From: Lama glama
Taxonomy: Eukaryota
Direction: 5' to 3'
Assembly: GCA_028534125.1 (NCBI GenBank)
Contig: CM052817.1
Location: forward strand, 498,001-562,000
Length of the DNA stretch: 64,000 bases
In this document: positions 1-12,720 of the stretch, in pieces
How positions within the stretch are numbered: position 1 is the first letter of the stretch
Layout of the letters: the number at the start of each line of letters is the position of its first letter
The notes under the pieces: model-generated
Databases searched by the model: none
What the model was told of the DNA's origin: nothing
What the model saw: the letters and a program-made list of their open reading frames with translations, nothing else
Made by a program: the position numbers and the translations under genes

Positions 1-560
1 CCGCCCCCGCAGGCCGCTCCTGCCCCACGCCACAGCGGCCCCTTCCTGCCCGCTCCGGCACGCGCACTTGCTGAGAACCCACAAGGCCCCACCTTCCAGC
101 TCATGCACCTGCCCCGCAGATGCACACGCACCTGCCGGCACAAGAACTTGTACCGCACCTGCCAGGCCCCACCCGCCTGCCCACGCACACGCAACTGTCC
201 CGACATGCACCTGCCCCGCACCTGCTGGGCCCCACCTAGCTCAAACCCACTGGGCCTTGACTGCTGGGCTCAACCTGCCCTTCACCCGCACCTTCGGGGC
301 CGCTCCCATCCCGCACCTACCCGCCAGCAGCCGAGCAAACACGCTCCTGGGCGCCGGTGGTTTAAATGTCTGGTGGTTTGGGTCCGGTCGGCCGCAAGAT
401 CCTGGGAGGCAGTCGTGCAGACCCCCGAGGGTTTCTCTGGGAAAACTCGGCCTTATGCTTGGCTTCCCGGGACGGAGGAGGGGACGTGCCTGGCCTGGGT
501 GCGAGGCTGGGTGGCCTCGGAACCAGCTTCCCGAAGCCAGCAGCGAGGGATGTCCCTGGG
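1..560. promoter_or_regulatory. Edge of a GC/CpG-rich region with a degenerate GCACCTGCC repeat; probably the flank of the CTBP1/CTBP1-DT promoter
   Basis: High CpG density and five CACCTG in 106-224. Identity is inferred only from mammalian synteny (CTBP1 is divergent from MAEA). Confidence 0.4.
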
Positions 561-3500
561 CCTGGCCTGGTGGAGGGGGTGTCTGTCTGGCCACCACGCC
601 AGCCCCAAAGAGAGCACCCGTGCTGAGTTCCAGAAGTCCAGAGGGGACCTGGCACTCAAGGGCCACGGGGCCTCTCCAGGGCAGGTTAGCCAGGTCCCCA
701 GGGCGACGTGGTCCCTTTGTGGGGAAGGGTGGATGCCACCCCTGGGAGACAGGGATCCAAGAGCTGGAATGTCCAGGGAGTTGGGCTGCTGTCAGATGGC
801 CATGGGGAGTTGGCTGTGTGGCTGTGCTGGTCAGTAAAAGTAGCGGACACTGTGCTGCTAGTGCAGTTCGGTGGAACGAGGTGGACGATTCTGAAATCAG
901 CCCTGTTATCGGTGGGTTGTTAAAATTCATAAATCAACGATAGAGTGCGGGTGGATTCAATAAAGGATGATAGAGGACTGGGTGTCTGTTTGCAAAACAA
1001 ATGCTTTTGAACTCTCACTTGGCGTTCACCTGTGAAAATACCTCCCAACCGGGTTAATTAGAACTTAGGGGGAAAGGAGGACATGGGACGTACGCGTGCA
1101 ATCAGGAGACCGCATGGAGAGCGCTCCTAAACACAGGCACAAGACGAGTCCCACGGAAAAGACAAGAATTCCAGACCTGGCGCCTGTCTTGCCCACACGG
1201 CCCTCTCGTTTTCTTGTTTAATGTCGTCCAGGGACAGAATCCTTGACATGGCCCGGACCAGCTCCTCCACCTCCTCTGGTCCTGTCTTGTCATCTCCAGT
1301 GCTGAGGCCCAAGTTGCCCCTTGACACCCGCTTCCTCCACCTCACAGCCCTCCCAGACCCGGGCCATCTGCATCACTTCATCCCTGTGAGTGGTACAGTG
1401 ATGGTCGAACGTAAATCAGGCTCCATGTCCCCTGTGCCAAACCCTGGAAGGCTTGTCACTGCACTGCAGAGGACATGCAGGCTCCTCCCGCAGCCAGAGA
1501 GTCTGCACCACCCGCCAGCCTCCCATCCTGCTGGGCGCCGCTGCCTGACTGCCAGGCTGCCGCCACCTGCCCCTTCTGTCTCGGGCCTTTGCACCTGCTG
1601 TTTCTGCTGTGCCCCAGCTCTTCCCAAGCCACTTTCTCCCCTGTGCCCTCTGCCTGGTCAGGACAGGCACAGGCTCCTGCCTCAAGGAGAGGGCCTGGGG
1701 GTTAGTCCAGCCACCTGATGGCCCCCCTACTCCCCACAACCTTGCACATGGCCCTGAAAACCCCAAACTGCCTTCAGAGAATGGGCCTGCGGACCAGGGC
1801 GGATGAGGAAGCCCAGAGAAGCCCCTCCCTCTCTCCGCCACAGCCACAGTGTGGCTTGGACCCAGGACAGAGCCACCCACCCTGCCTGGCCAGGTTCTGC
1901 TACCCCCCTCCTGAGGCCCCTTCCCTGGAGACCTCGCCGGCCGGGAGAAGGGTCCTGGAGAGACCCCATCCCTTCGCTCCTCAGCAGGACCCAGGTTTGC
2001 ACCCAGCGTCTGTCCTGGGAACGCGGCCCTGCCTCCCTAACTTCGCCTACTGCGGAAGACGGCCCAGAGCCCAGGAAGGCCAAGGGTGCGTCTCCTTTCG
2101 GGAGGAGACCAGAGGTGTTGGCCCTGCAGCCCAGGCTTCTGAAGGAACACGAGAATTTTTCTAAGGCCAGAAGTTAATGTTTTACTTTTCTCTCGGTGGA
2201 CAAGAAAGGATCCATTGTCTTTCAGTTATTCTGACCCGTTGTCCAGATAACTGTGCATAATTTACAAAACAACGTGTGGACGTGGATGGTTTCCCACTCT
2301 CATCTGTCGCCGTGGGACACTTGCTCTCGTTTGCTCAGTGGTCCCCAAGGGCGTGCAGAGCCCCCAAGGAAAGCTGTCTCTCCTGTGGGCCTTGGTCCAG
2401 CTCAGGGTTGAATCAAGTGGCTCTGACGCCCTGGCAGATGTCAGGGCCTGCCTGCCGCTTCCATATTCCCTGCCCCAGGGCCAGTGTGCCTGAGACCACG
2501 GGCGGCCTGGGCCTGTGCAGGCTGCAGAGAGGAGAGCGGCGGGGCTGACGGTGGGCTCGGTGGGGTCCTGCAGGAGGGGACAGGCCTTGAGTCCTCGTGG
2601 GGGAGGCGTGGCCCTGCAGAGATCCAGAAAAGGGAGCGGCAAACCCGAAAGCCCGCAGGAGCCCGGGGTGGAGGGCAGCGCCCGGGGAGGTGGGCGGCAC
2701 CGTGGGCTTGCCAGGCCAGGCGCTGGGGCTCTCTGCCTGGCTGCCAGAGGTGTGTTGGAGATGGTGGGGAGCACAGGGCAGGGACCCCACCAGGCAACCC
2801 AGGAGAAAGCCAACAGCAGTGGGAGAGGCCAGCTGCTTAGAGGCTGCAGGTGTGCGGTGGGGTAGGGAGGGGTTGGCGGGGCTGCAGTGTGCCACACACT
2901 CTGAGTCCAACTTTGGACTCCAACACATGGGGGTCCCTAGAAGCAAGCCATCCCAGGCCAGAATTAAAGCTTTTTTCTGGGATCCCTTTCATCAACAAAT
3001 TCCTTTTGTAGCTGGAGTGGAGCCAGGGAATTTCACAGGCACGAGAGACTGAGCTAGAGATGAAGTGGGCAGAGGCCTGCACGTCCCTCAGCTCTGCTCT
3101 CGACAGCCTCCCTGCGCAGGCCTTGTCAGTGCTGTCTCATGCCTCCTATTTGGCCCCGACACCGCTTGCCCTGTCCTGCTGCCCCTGAGCACTGCCTTCT
3201 CGCATTGGGGTTATGACCACCGGGCTCTGCCTGCCCCCCACACATGTGACCAGAGCTGCAGTTCCAAGACCCAGATGTGACCGCGTCGCACACGAAGGTG
3301 TCCCAGCTTTCTGCAGCATGGCTCTGCTCCCGGCTCCCCTGCCCGCCTCTCTGACCTCTGTCCCGCCTTCTGGCCCGGGACGAGCAGATGCCGTCAGCAT
3401 GTGCGTGTATGCACACGTGCACATGTGTATGTGTGTGCCATGTGTGTACACGCGTGGGTGCGTGCCTGCGTGGGTGCCAGCAGCCTGGGCCCTGCTTCCC

Positions 3501-4361
3501 TTCTCCTGTGCCTGGTCCTGCCACATGTCTGGGCGTAGGAGGCGGGAAAGCCACAGCCCCAGGGGACAATTTAGGGCTGGGAGAGGCCACCTCCGCAGAG
3601 AACCACGGAAAAACATCTGTAAACAGATGCTTCTTAATGGGGCCCCGAGTCCGCGGCCCTGAATTCAACTTGAATATCTGTGCCGGCCACGTGTGGCAGC
3701 AACACTCCCCTCCAAGGTGGTGCCTCTCGCACTGGTCCTGACCAGCAAGGACGTGGCATCTACTGCTCCCACAGGCCCAGGGCCCCTCTGATTCTGGTGC
3801 CCGGCTGTGGGTCGGCCCGTCTGCCCCAGCCCCGCCCCAGGCATCACGTGTGTTGGTCAGTGAGGCCACAGCCTCACCTCCCCACCTGTGAAAGCAGGAC
3901 CAGAGTGCCCGGGGACCGTGGCCGGGAGGCTAAAGGACGGCCTTGGGCCGCCAGCAGGACACATGGCAAGGACCGCCCGGGAGCAAGATCACCCACTGAA
4001 GCCGAAGTGGGTTTGTCACCCAAGGAATGACAAGAGGCACACAGCCGCTCTGACTCCTACAACACACGGGGTTTCCGTCACAGGATGGGGAAGGGCGCCA
4101 TCTGCCTTCAGGGAGGTTTCCAACACTGAGGCACGACCAGGCCCTGCGAGACCGCGAGGGTGCTGTGGCTGGGTGCGCGCCGGACACAGACGTCCGCCTG
4201 CTTCTTCAAGAAGGTGCTCTTAGTGAGCACGGGGACGTGACCCGAGATGTTTGGGCAGGAGACGTCCCGGCCAGCCCAGAGTTCCTCTTGAGACAGGTCA
4301 CACTTGGTGAGTTTCGCAGACACGTGGAACTTATGAGTCAGTTGCTGAGTTTTTGGTAAGT

Positions 4362-4795
4362 GTTGTGGATTGAATTGCCCCCACCCTGCCGGTTTGTATG
4401 TTGGGGTCTCAACACCCAGTACCTCACAATGTGACCTTATTTGGAGGCAGGGTCTCTGCAGATGAGCAAGATGAGGTCGGTAGGGTGGGCGCTGATAATG
4501 ACTGATGTCCTCACAAGAAGAGAAGAGGTATCAGGGCAGATGTACAGGGGAGGGCCACAAGGAGACGGAGGCAGAGATGGGGTGCTGCGTGTGCAGGAAG
4601 GAGAAGGAGCACCGAAAGTTCCAGCAACCCCTGGAGCAGCGGGGAGGCTGGGGCCGCTTCTCCTCAGGCCTCAAGGAGGAGCATCCCCACTGACACCTTG
4701 ATCTTGGACTTCTGGCTCTGGAACTGGGAGACAATAGACTTCTGTGATGTGAGCCACCTGGTTTGTGGTGCTTTGATGTGGCAGCTCCTAGAAAA
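4362..4795 (+). mobile_element. MaLR LTR (MLT1-like)
   Basis: Hallmark phrases 'aatgtgaccttatttgga', 'atgactgatgtcctcacaagaag', 'gacaccttgatcttggacttctggc', 'gccacctggtttgtggtgcttt'. Confidence 0.8.
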
Positions 4796-5899
4796 CCAAA
4801 ACGGAGTGAATGGCAAATGTTCTGAAAACACGACTAGAAAACAACCTTAGAAATAAATCACAAGTAGACTTCTGCCGGCCTCACCTGTGCTGGCGAGCTT
4901 GCAAAGAGAGGATGGGAGCAGCACGCTCTCGGCGTGGAGCCAAGCGCATGAGGAAGTCCGGGTGAGTGAAACCAGAACCGGCAGGGTGAGCGCAGAAGCA
5001 GCCGGGAGGGTGCTGGTCTTGGCACTGGGTTTGCCAGGTGTGCACAGGTCACCTGTGACACTGTGTGCTGCGGATAAAAGACCTCAGCATCTCGGGGAGT
5101 GAGTCTTGACACCCTTGCTGGCCCGTAAGATGGGGCACTCGCAGGGCGAGAGCCTTGGAGGAACACGAACAAGGAGGCTTGTGCTCCTGGCCTGCTCAGA
5201 CACAGCTCTGGGGAGAGTTGATGACCAGGGCTCAGAGCCTCTCTGGAGCTTAGAGTTTAATTTTCACGGGTGTCCCAGTCCAGGCCCCATCAGCCCTGCA
5301 GCAGACAGACCATCAAGCAACCTGGGCCTGTGCCAGTCATACCCACGGGGCCCGGGAGAGAAGCAAACACATGACCACTGGGAGCGAGAAACTCCCCACC
5401 CAATCCCATCGAATTCCTACCAGCAAAGACGAGCTCACAATCAGAAAGTGCAAAACGCGCGGGAGAGGGCCACAGCAGGGGCAGCAGAGCGCGAGCGGCG
5501 AGCCGAGCCGAGACCCGGTTGACTGTGGAGGGTGGATGGAGTAAGAGGATCATAGGGCAGGGGGTGGGGGAGGAATGGGCGAGCGGGGGCCCAGTGGGGC
5601 ATCTGACAGGGGACAGCACTCGCTGAACGGTGCTGACTGTGGCTGGAGAGGTGGGGCCCCGCTGAACACCAGGCTTGCCAGTGGAGGAGAAGGCACACGG
5701 AAAGTCCAGAACCCTTATGGGGCCTCCACGCACGAGAGGGAGGGAGGCCCAGCGTGCAGAGGGAGGGCACCGGGAATTCTCCTCCTAGCTGAAAGATACA
5801 ACTCGTCAGATTCGGGAATACCTGAGTGTAAGGCTGGAAAAAAAATGAACCTACCTTGGACATTTGAGAGCAAAGCCACAGAGAAAAGTCCTAATGTGG

Positions 5900-6555
5900 C
5901 AAGACGGAAGAAGAAACGGGGAAAGAAGGCTTCCCTAAACAACATTAGGAATGAACAATGAGATGTAACCACAGATAAAACAGCCTTTTAAAATGAAAAG
6001 AAATATCCTAACCAATTTTTGCCAACAAATTCAAAGCTTAAATAAAATATATGATATTCTGCTAAAATTAAACGTATCAAAACTCACTCAAGAAAAAATA
6101 AAATATCCACAAAAATCCAATAATCACAAAGAAATGAAAGCATAGTTAAAATCTACCCCATCCAAAAAAACCAGATGCAAATGGTTTAAAAAAGTTCTAT
6201 CAAATATTTAAACACCAGGTAATCCAAATCTTCTAACAGTGTTTCGGATAATTATGAAGTATGGAAGCTACCCAGGTAATCTTGAGAGAGCCAACCCAGA
6301 TCATGTTACAGGAAAAAATTTTAAATATAGATTAATTATATTTAGAAACAGAAGTACAAAATTATCAGATAAGATATTATCAAGCCAAATCCATCAATAT
6401 GCACAAAATAATAATTACACCAAATTTGGTTTATTTCAGGAATGTAAGGATGACTTAAATGTATTAACATTTATCACACATGTATAATCAAGGGAATTTT
6501 TTCATTGAATCATCACAATAAATATCGGAAAAAATATTTGATAAAATCTAACAAA
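5900..6555 (+). mobile_element. Old L1 ORF2 fragment
   Basis: A-rich sequence with L1 ORF2-like phrases ('actcactcaagaaaaaata', 'tggtttatttcaggaatgtaaggatg', 'atttgataaaat'). Confidence 0.7.
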
Positions 6556-6559
6556 ATAA

Positions 6560-7010
6560 CTTCATTGAGGTTAAAGTGGTGTAACATAAAATTCAATCAT
6601 TTTAAGGTAGACAAATCAGTGGCTTCCAGTATATTCACACCGTTATGCAACCATTACCACTTACGATTCTAGACCGTTTTCATCACCCCAAAAAGAAGTC
6701 CTACACCTACACACAGCAGCCACTTAACTCCCCCTCCCTTCAGACCCAGACAAGCATTAATCCACTTTGCAGACTAATCTCTGTGAAGCTGCCTATACTA
6801 GACATTTCACACATGTTGAATCATACAATGCGCAACTTTTCGTGTCTGCTTTCGTTCAGCATAATGTTTTCAAGGTTCATGCACGCTGCAGCATGTGCTG
6901 GTACTTCATTTCTTTTTATGGCCGAATGCAACGCCATTGTCTGGGTACACATTTTGCTAGTCCATTCATCAGCTGGTAGACATTTGGGTTGTTTCCACTT
7001 TTTGGCTGCC
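6560..7010 (-). mobile_element. Old L1 (L1M) 3' end
   Basis: Antisense L1 3' UTR phrases ('ttcagcataatgttttcaaggttcat', 'gacatttgggttgtttccactttttggct'). Confidence 0.8.
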
Positions 7011-7431
7011 TTTTTTCACTGGGGAGTTCAATCCACTTATATTTAGAGGAATTCCTGATAAATCCATAGGAGACTGGTTTTATACTTAGATTTCTATAAC
7101 TGGTTGTATCAATATACTTAAATTCTGAGAAGACCCCTCCCCTGTCTCATAGACAGGGCAGGATTCACCTGTGTTTCAAGTTGTGCTCATCAGCCTGTTA
7201 AGAAGCTGACAGTGTCCACTTTATCTTTTTGGCCTTGACTATGCCAGATTAATCAAAATTCTCGGTGTCTAAAATATTGCCTTCTGCTTAATGAAAGGCA
7301 TTTTACTCTGGTTTATGTACAACATCAAATAAAGAATATTTAGCACTTCTCACAAAGTACAGATGATCTTTAAAGCTATGCTTTTTAAATCCGTGTGTCA
7401 AGATACGTCAGGAACCTTTGCTGGTGAATTC

Positions 7432-7600
7432 TTTTTTTCTTTCTTTCTTTTTTTTGAATTGAAGTATAGTCAGTTTACAATGGTGTGTCAATTTCTGGTG
7501 CACAGCCTAATGTTTCAGTCAGACATATACGTACGTATATTTCTTTCATATTCTTTTTCATTCTAGGTTACTACAAGATACTGAGTATCATTCCCTGTTG
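7432..7600 (-). mobile_element. Lineage-specific L1 3' terminal fragment
   Basis: T-tail followed by 'ttgaagtatagtcagtttacaatg'; reverse complement of the L1 end at about 29005-29030. Confidence 0.8.
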
Positions 7601-7794
7601 CTTGTGAAGTCTTTGCAAAGTCAAACTAAGTTATAAACCAGGTTTGTGTCTCAAGCAGGTATTCAAAACACAGCCGTAGAGCTGCTGGAGACGTGTGGTT
7701 GGTAAGGGTGCTTTTACCAACTCATTAGAAGGACTGAAGTGAACCTATCCTCTCAGCGCAAATTTGTCAGTTACTGGATCGTAAGCTCTAAGAA

Positions 7795-7843
7795 TCAAAA
7801 ACAAAAACAGATCAAAATAACAAACAAACAAACAAACAAAAAA
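7795..7843 (+). repeat. (CAAA)n simple repeat
   Basis: caaacaaacaaacaaacaaaaaa. Confidence 0.8.
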
Positions 7844-10119
7844 GCTTGAAAGAAAGTAGCAAAACTATAATTGTAGGTTACATGAAATCTACCCAGAAAA
7901 TTTAAAGTCTGCAGACTAACAGAACTAATAAGGTATCTTTAAACTCAAATGTTAGGACAATTAGAACACTGTGCTCTTTTGAAAAAAGATACGGCAGCCA
8001 GGACTGTCTGGAGCAGGAGCCACCCGCAGACGGCTCCCTTTCCAGCCCCTGCTCTCTCCCCCACCAGCGGAGTCCTGGGGCCATTTAATGTGGTGGGGCT
8101 GCTTCCTGGCCAACAGTCCCCAGGACGCCCCCCCCCACCTCCTGAGCTTCCTGCCTTCGTGAGTTTCCCTCTCCCTGGACATTTTCACCAGCAGCACAGG
8201 GCAGACCTGGTGGGAGGTCACGTCCACAAAGGTGACACTTGAGCTTTCAACACCCACCTTGCCCAGTGACTCTGTCCCTGCTGGTTCGGGGACTGTCCAG
8301 GGGGAGGTGCTGGCGGTGGCCTGCATCTGACAGCCAGCAGGAAATGGAGGCCTCAGTCTAACTGCCGGCGGCCACAAGACAGTGTGGGATGGACGCTTCC
8401 TGGCCGAGCCTCAGAGGAGATCCAGCCGGCTGACCCCACCCCAGGGTCCTGGGGCACCTGAAGCTGAGAGCTCAGCTCAGCCGGGCCACCTCCTGCCCAC
8501 AGGGGCTGTCAGAACCGTGCACTGAGACCTGGGTTAAGTCGCTGATTTGTGGGTTACACACCATGCTGACCAGCACGAAGGCAACGGCGACACACTGGGG
8601 TGCTGGCCGCAGGTGCAGGAGGGCTCCCTGGAGAGCAGGGAGGGCCTGCAGAAGCATGATCAGAAAGACATCCTTTTTGTTTTAAGCCTTTGATATTTGG
8701 GGCTCTTGGTTACACTGCATAACTTGCCTGATTACTACTGTTCATCGTTTCTCAAAGATAAATGGGCTTGCACAGATGAAGAACACATGGGTGGGGGGCT
8801 GAAGTGCTCCCACAGTCGGAGGGAAGTCCCTCTTGACAGAGGCTGTGGCCCTTGCTGGAGGATGCGGGCAGCCCCGGGTGACCCGGCAGGACCTGCCGGG
8901 AGGGCCGGGCGCTGAATGCCGTCCCCTCACCTGACGCCCTGCCCGCATCCTGCAGGTCCCACCCTGCCCCATGTGTGGGTCCTCCTGGGGCCGGGGCTGG
9001 GGACCTGGGAGCCACAGGGCTGCAGGTGGCAGCTGCTGACAGACACTCTTTTGGAAAGGGCCAGTGGTGTCCTCAAGGTTGACCCAGGTGAGACAAGATT
9101 CAAGTTCTCGGCGACGCTGGGACTGTCTGAAACCTTGTCCACAGGGGCCGCCCAGCTCCGCTTCCAGTGCCCGAACCACAGGGATGCCATTTTGATTTTT
9201 TTTTAAATCATTTTCATGTGTTCTCACCTCCCACCCCCCTTTCTCCTTCCCTCCCTTCCCCCAGCTGTGGCAGGAGTTTGGGGTGTCAGAGCACCCCAGC
9301 ACGCAGTTGTGAAGACACAATTTAGCAAATGCCCGGACGACCCTGCCTGCAGGGTGGAGGTCAGATGCGGACATCAGATGCGGACGCGAGAACCATCACC
9401 ACGGCAACGGCTTCCTGCCACCTCCAGCAGGATGAGTCCTCAGCTCAGCAGAGATCCAAGGCTGTCTGTGAAGGGAAAGACGGCGTTTCAGATGTTAGAG
9501 GTGTTTGCAGGCAGTTGGCCACCTGAAGTGGGGGCTCCCTTCTGGGAGCCTGGCCCAATGTGACACTGAAGGACAGGTGCCCAAAGCACCTTTCCCCACC
9601 ACCGGCACCCCAGGGAACCTCTCAGACCCAGCTGGAGGCAGATGGCCGGCTCTCCCCCCGGCCAAGCAGCTGCATGACACCCAGGCCTGGATCCGAGGCC
9701 AGAGTCACGGAGAACGGACAGCGATTTGCCCAGACCCACAAATACAGAAAGTTGTGGCTACAGCACAGACCATGGGTGACCCTGAGCTGGCAAGTCAGAA
9801 GCAACAGTGAGCCACATGGATGGGGGGCTGGGGGAGGTGGACAGATGGAAGGGAGGGTCTGGGCAGCATGAACGCACGGGCTCCAGGCAACATGGCAGGT
9901 AGCACGGGCCCCCAGCCACCCACAGCAGAAACCCATCTCTAAGAAAGCCCGGTCCCGGATGAACCACTCGACACCCTGTGGAAACCTTTTATGAAAACCG
10001 TGGGTGGTGTACGCGCGTGGCCGGGACGCCATGCTGGACGCCAGGAACTGACATGTTGTGACTAGCTGTATTTCAATAACAAAAGAAAAATTAAGAAAAG
10101 AAAACCCAGACAGACTTTG

Positions 10120-10515
10120 ATGAGTTGGTGTGCGTCCCCCCAGAAGATATGCGCGAGTCCCAGCTCCCCTCCTGTGCACGCACGCGGCCTTGCTGGGAAA
10201 CAGGGTCCCTGCAGACGCCGTCACTAAAATTAGGTGGTCAGGTGGCCCTGCCCTGACATGACAGGTGTCCTCATAAGAAAGGAGACCTGGACAGAGACAC
10301 ACAGAGGAGGCCACGTGGGGATGGAGGCGGCGGTGGGGGAGCAACGCGGCCGCTGGCCACTCCAGGAGCTGGATGAGGCAGGAAGGACTGTCACTCGAGC
10401 CACCCAGGGAGTGTGGCCCCCTTGGCCTCTGGCTTCCGGCTCCAGGACGAGAGAAGGAGCCCTGCGTGCGGTGCTTTGCAGGGCCCCTCGGAGGCTGCTG
10501 AGAGAGGCACTAACT
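10120..10515 (+). mobile_element. MaLR LTR (MLT1-like), GC-shifted
   Basis: 'atgacaggtgtcctcataagaaa', 'acacacagaggaggccacgtg', 'ggagctggatgaggcaggaagga'. Confidence 0.65.
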
Positions 10516-11136
10516 TGTGACTGCTTTCATAATCGTGTTTCTTAGTTTGGAGGGACTTTTAGAAACACACATCTCTGGCCGTCAGAAACACACACCTGAC
10601 TTTCATTGGTCCTTCCCATTTCACTTGCTTCTTTTTTTCTGTTCAAGTTATGGAAAAAATGAAATGATCGTGGTTCGAGCGGCACCCAGCACACTACTGT
10701 GTCATGATGGGACAGTGTCCACTCTGACCCACCCTCCGTTCTCTGCTCTTCCGCCCTCAGCATCACTCCCGCCCTGAGCACGTGCTCAGAGCCACTTCCA
10801 AAAGGGCGGCAGCCACACAGCCTGGTAGGTTACTGGTGGCAGGACGGTGGATGGTTTGCTGATTTTACAGCTGTCATACTTTTCTGTATTTCTTCAGTTG
10901 TTATCGTAAGATTGTGTTTATTAAAGACAATACTATTCAGGCATATTTGAGGACCTGAACAGGGCTTGGGAGCTACAAGCACTGAACATGGTACCAGGAA
11001 AGGACTGCTGGTCACTCGACAGCCAGCTCCCACGGAAACCCCTCTTTCTCCGTGAGAGATGTTATTTCATAACATTTCTGTGATTCCAGACTCTTAAGAG
11101 AAAACCACCTTCACCTCATGTCTTTGTTTCCTAAGT

Positions 11137-12292
11137 GTGACCAAGCAGGACGCTGGGGGTCTTCCCAGGGGTGTCCCCCGCCTCTCATTGGTAGAAAATG
11201 TTTAGCCACCTAGACCTTCCCTGAGTGCCAAAGAGCAGATTTAATCAGAGAATTGATAAAATGCAGAAACAAAGGAAAATAGTCAAGCAAGACAAAATAG
11301 TAAGTTTAGACGTGAAACAGTCAAATACCCTTAGTTCCTCCTCAGTGGCTTCTCGATCATGTTCGGAGCCACATCCTTGAGTTGTTTTGCAGGAACTGAA
11401 ACCCCTGCCAGGTGGAAGCAGTTAACTGCACGCTGACCAGCAGGTAGACCCCAGACCTGCTGGAGCCAGACAACTGATTGCTGAGATTCCCGAGACATCA
11501 CCCTGTAACCTCACTGAGGTGGGAAGCCGCATAAAAAAAGACCAGCAGGACCCCCAAGCAGGGCCACTACTCGCCTGCCAGCAATCATCTGGTTCCCTGG
11601 CCCAAGGGCTTTATCTCACTTTTTGCCTCTGAGAAGGCTTACTTCTAGGAAAGTGAAACTTACCCCTAAAATTCTATTGGTTCCCTGAGCTAATTCCTGA
11701 TTGGTCCATTTGTAGTGCTTCATTTGCATGGAGCTCACTCCTGATTGGTGCATTTCCCTCACTCCTGATTGGTCCACTTCTACAAAGCTTCTTCCTAATT
11801 AGTCACCTTTATTATACCTTATTTGCATATGTAGTTACAAAATGTTGCAAAGTATAAACTGATAGCCTATAAAAGCCTGTGTAAACCTGCAGACGGGGTC
11901 CAGAGCTTGGAGTGTTAACTCCCCTGGGCCCGCTGGCATAATAATCCTGAGTTCTCCAACTCTCCGAGTGCTACTTGGTCTCTTGCCCAGATCCAGGTTG
12001 CTGTCACAACCAAGCGGTAACACCGAGCTGCCACACGCTTTTCTGCAACACCACCACTGCCAGTCAGAGGCCTGTGCATGAGCTGATCTGGGCCCTGCAA
12101 CCCCCACCCCTCACCTTGCCCTTACACCCTTCCCTGAAGTCAGGGTCTTCTGAGCATGAGCTGCCGGTTCGCCCTGCTCAGCCCCAGGTCGGGTGCCTGC
12201 AATGAACACTGCACTTTCCTTCCCCAGCACCTGGTGTCGGCAGACCGGCTTTACCACACACAGGCAGGCGGGCCCAAGCTTGCTTTGGTAGC
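11137..12292 (+). mobile_element. ERV solo LTR (host), interrupted by a second LTR
   Basis: Starts with TG. 'ccctgtaacctcac' resumes as 'ccaccactgccagtcagagg..tgcatgagctgatc' after the insert. Poly(A)-like 'caatgaacactgcactttcc' near the 3' end. Boundaries are approximate. Confidence 0.65.
11515..12050 (+). mobile_element. Nested ERV1-type solo LTR (536 bp)
   Basis: TG...CA termini; 4-bp flanks tcac/ccac; CCAAT boxes; TATAAAA at 11868; degenerate poly(A) signal 'ataataat' at about 11938. Confidence 0.75.
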
Positions 12293-12294
12293 TC

Positions 12295-12720
12295 TAGTGC
12301 TGCTGGAACAAAGTGCTCACCAACTGGGTGGCTTAAGACAAAAAAGGCTGACTGCCTTCCAGCTGTGGAGGACAGAGCCTGAGATGGAGGTAGCTGCAGG
12401 GCCGCACTCACGCTGGAAGCTGGACGGGAGGCTCCTTCCTGCCTCTTCCAGCTTCAGGTGGCCTCGGGCGTTCCTGGGCTTGAAGCTGCAGACCCCAGCG
12501 CCTGCCTCCACTGTCCCAGGGCGTCCTCCCTCTTATCTCTCATCTTCATGTAAGGGCACCGGTCATATTGGCTTAAGGGCCCACCCCATTCGAGTGTGAC
12601 TGCATCTTAACTAATTTTATCTGCAACAACCTTATCTCCGATTAAGATCTCTTACTGAGGCCCTGGAGGAGAGACTGTCAACACATCTTATTGGGGGTGC
12701 AATTCAATCCCCAGCACCTG
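12295..12720 (-). mobile_element. MaLR LTR (MLT1-like)
   Basis: 'caccaactgggtggcttaagacaa', 'ttaagggcccacccc', 'catcttaactaatt..atctgcaacaacctta'. Confidence 0.75.

Noticed and set aside
68..943. 291-aa and overlapping ORFs as a possible CTBP1-DT microprotein
   Set aside because: Non-ATG start, low complexity, and no similarity I can recognise. It would need an alignment to support.
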